Under the pieces are notes generated by a model. The model did no database searches and was not told the DNA's origin. It worked only from the letters and a program-made list of their open reading frames with translations. From Calditrichia bacterium (GTDB lineage: Bacteria; Calditrichota; Calditrichia; RBG-13-44-9), in assembly GCA_037381445.1 (NCBI GenBank), contig JARRQT010000002.1, forward strand, positions 1 to 37,049: a stretch of DNA of 37,049 nucleotides, given 5' to 3'. A program made the translations under genes and the position numbers. Of the stretch, positions 36,473-37,049 are shown piece after piece. Every line of letters starts with the position of its first letter. Position 1 is the stretch's first letter.

Positions 36473-36489
36473 ATTTCTGAACCGGTTTC
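36473..36489. repeat. 17-bp intergenic direct repeat, copy 2
   Basis: ATTTCTGAACCGGTTTC, 16/17 identical to 29392-29408. Confidence 0.45.
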
Positions 36490-36508
36490 GGGCCGGAACA
36501 GAGGGATA

Positions 36509-37049
36509 TCAGATACGGGCTTTCAATTTGGGCAGATCCGGTTCCGCTCCCAGATCAGCGGCGATTTCCTGCGTTTTCCTGCGGCTCAGGTTCAGCAGAT
36601 CATCCTGAGAAAACAGCCTGCCGCCGGAAGCTGATCTGGCGGACATCATCCGTTCCGTGCAGCTATAGCAGGGGTCCACCGCCGCCAGGGTGATGGCGAC
36701 GTCGGCCACCTGCTGACCGATACAGGAGGCGTGGAAGGACGGAATATTGATATAGCTGGGCGCCCGCACCTTCACTCTCTCCGGGTAATTGGTGCCGTTG
36801 GAGCGCACGTAGTGGATATCTTCTCCCCGCGGCGCTTCGTAGCGCCCGATTCCCTCGCCCGGCGGGACTTCTTTCACTTTCAGGAGAAAATCTCCTTTGG
36901 GAATCAGGTCAATAGCCTGCCGCAGAATTTTTATGGATTCCAGGACTTCCAGCACCCGCACCAGAAATTTGGCATAGACATCGCCGCTGTTTAGCGTCAC
37001 AACACTCCAGTCGAGATACGGGTAAGCGGCATACGGCTCATCCCGCCGC
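36509..37049 (-). CDS. group 4 [NiFe]-hydrogenase large subunit, C-terminal part (start beyond window end)
   Basis: Frame open to the window edge (RRDEPYAAYPYLDW...GDVYAK); EAPRGE, VKVRAPS, L2 motif DPCYSCTER followed by a cleavable tail. Confidence 0.92.
   Translation of the reverse strand, partial: RRDEPYAAYPYLDWSVVTLNSGDVYAKFLVRVLEVLESIKILRQAIDLIPKGDFLLKVKEVPPGEGIGRYEAPRGEDIHYVRSNGTNYPERVKVRAPSYINIPSFHASCIGQQVADVAITLAAVDPCYSCTERMMSARSASGGRLFSQDDLLNLSRRKTQEIAADLGAEPDLPKLKARI

Noticed and set aside
36650..36680. Selenocysteine ([NiFeSe]) in the L2 motif
   Set aside because: Both cysteines of DPCYSC are TGC codons; no in-frame TGA.
1..37049. CRISPR array, IS element, tRNA or rRNA
   Set aside because: No spaced repeats, transposase motifs or recognisable structural RNA seen by eye; covariance searches not run.

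Overview
Bacterial chromosomal window that is gene-dense and has no rRNA, tRNA, CRISPR or mobile element that I can support. The host appears to be a diderm anaerobe or facultative anaerobe; the gene content is Calditrichota-like, which is inference only. Left to right: (1) a minus-strand beta-oxidation operon (FadE-, FadA- and FadN-like), whose FadN-like gene has an internal deletion plus frameshift at about 597; (2) a B12-binding radical SAM protein, glgC, an MPG-type DNA glycosylase and a PAP2 membrane protein; (3) a small HTH_17 gene and an 11-heme cytochrome c fused to a di-heme cytochrome b (CbcL-like), behind a promoter with Rex-like boxes; (4) a kinase-less PAS-GAF-PAS-REC protein and a short, divergent pyruvate kinase; (5) three LPS glycosyltransferases, meaB, a 79-aa ORF and a DUF3108-like protein; (6) an 8-gene signalling operon linking a PAS histidine kinase and receiver to DUF4388, roadblock-like, wHTH and output-less HAMP proteins and an MglB/MglA GTPase pair; (7) pepT and a small membrane protein; (8) the distal part of an Mrp-antiporter-linked group 4 [NiFe]-hydrogenase operon with two maturation proteases. 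The best candidates for an undescribed system are the MglAB-linked operon (21159-26466), the two-antiporter Mrp-hydrogenase and the CbcL-like cytochrome unit. All family calls come from motif recognition; no database search was run.
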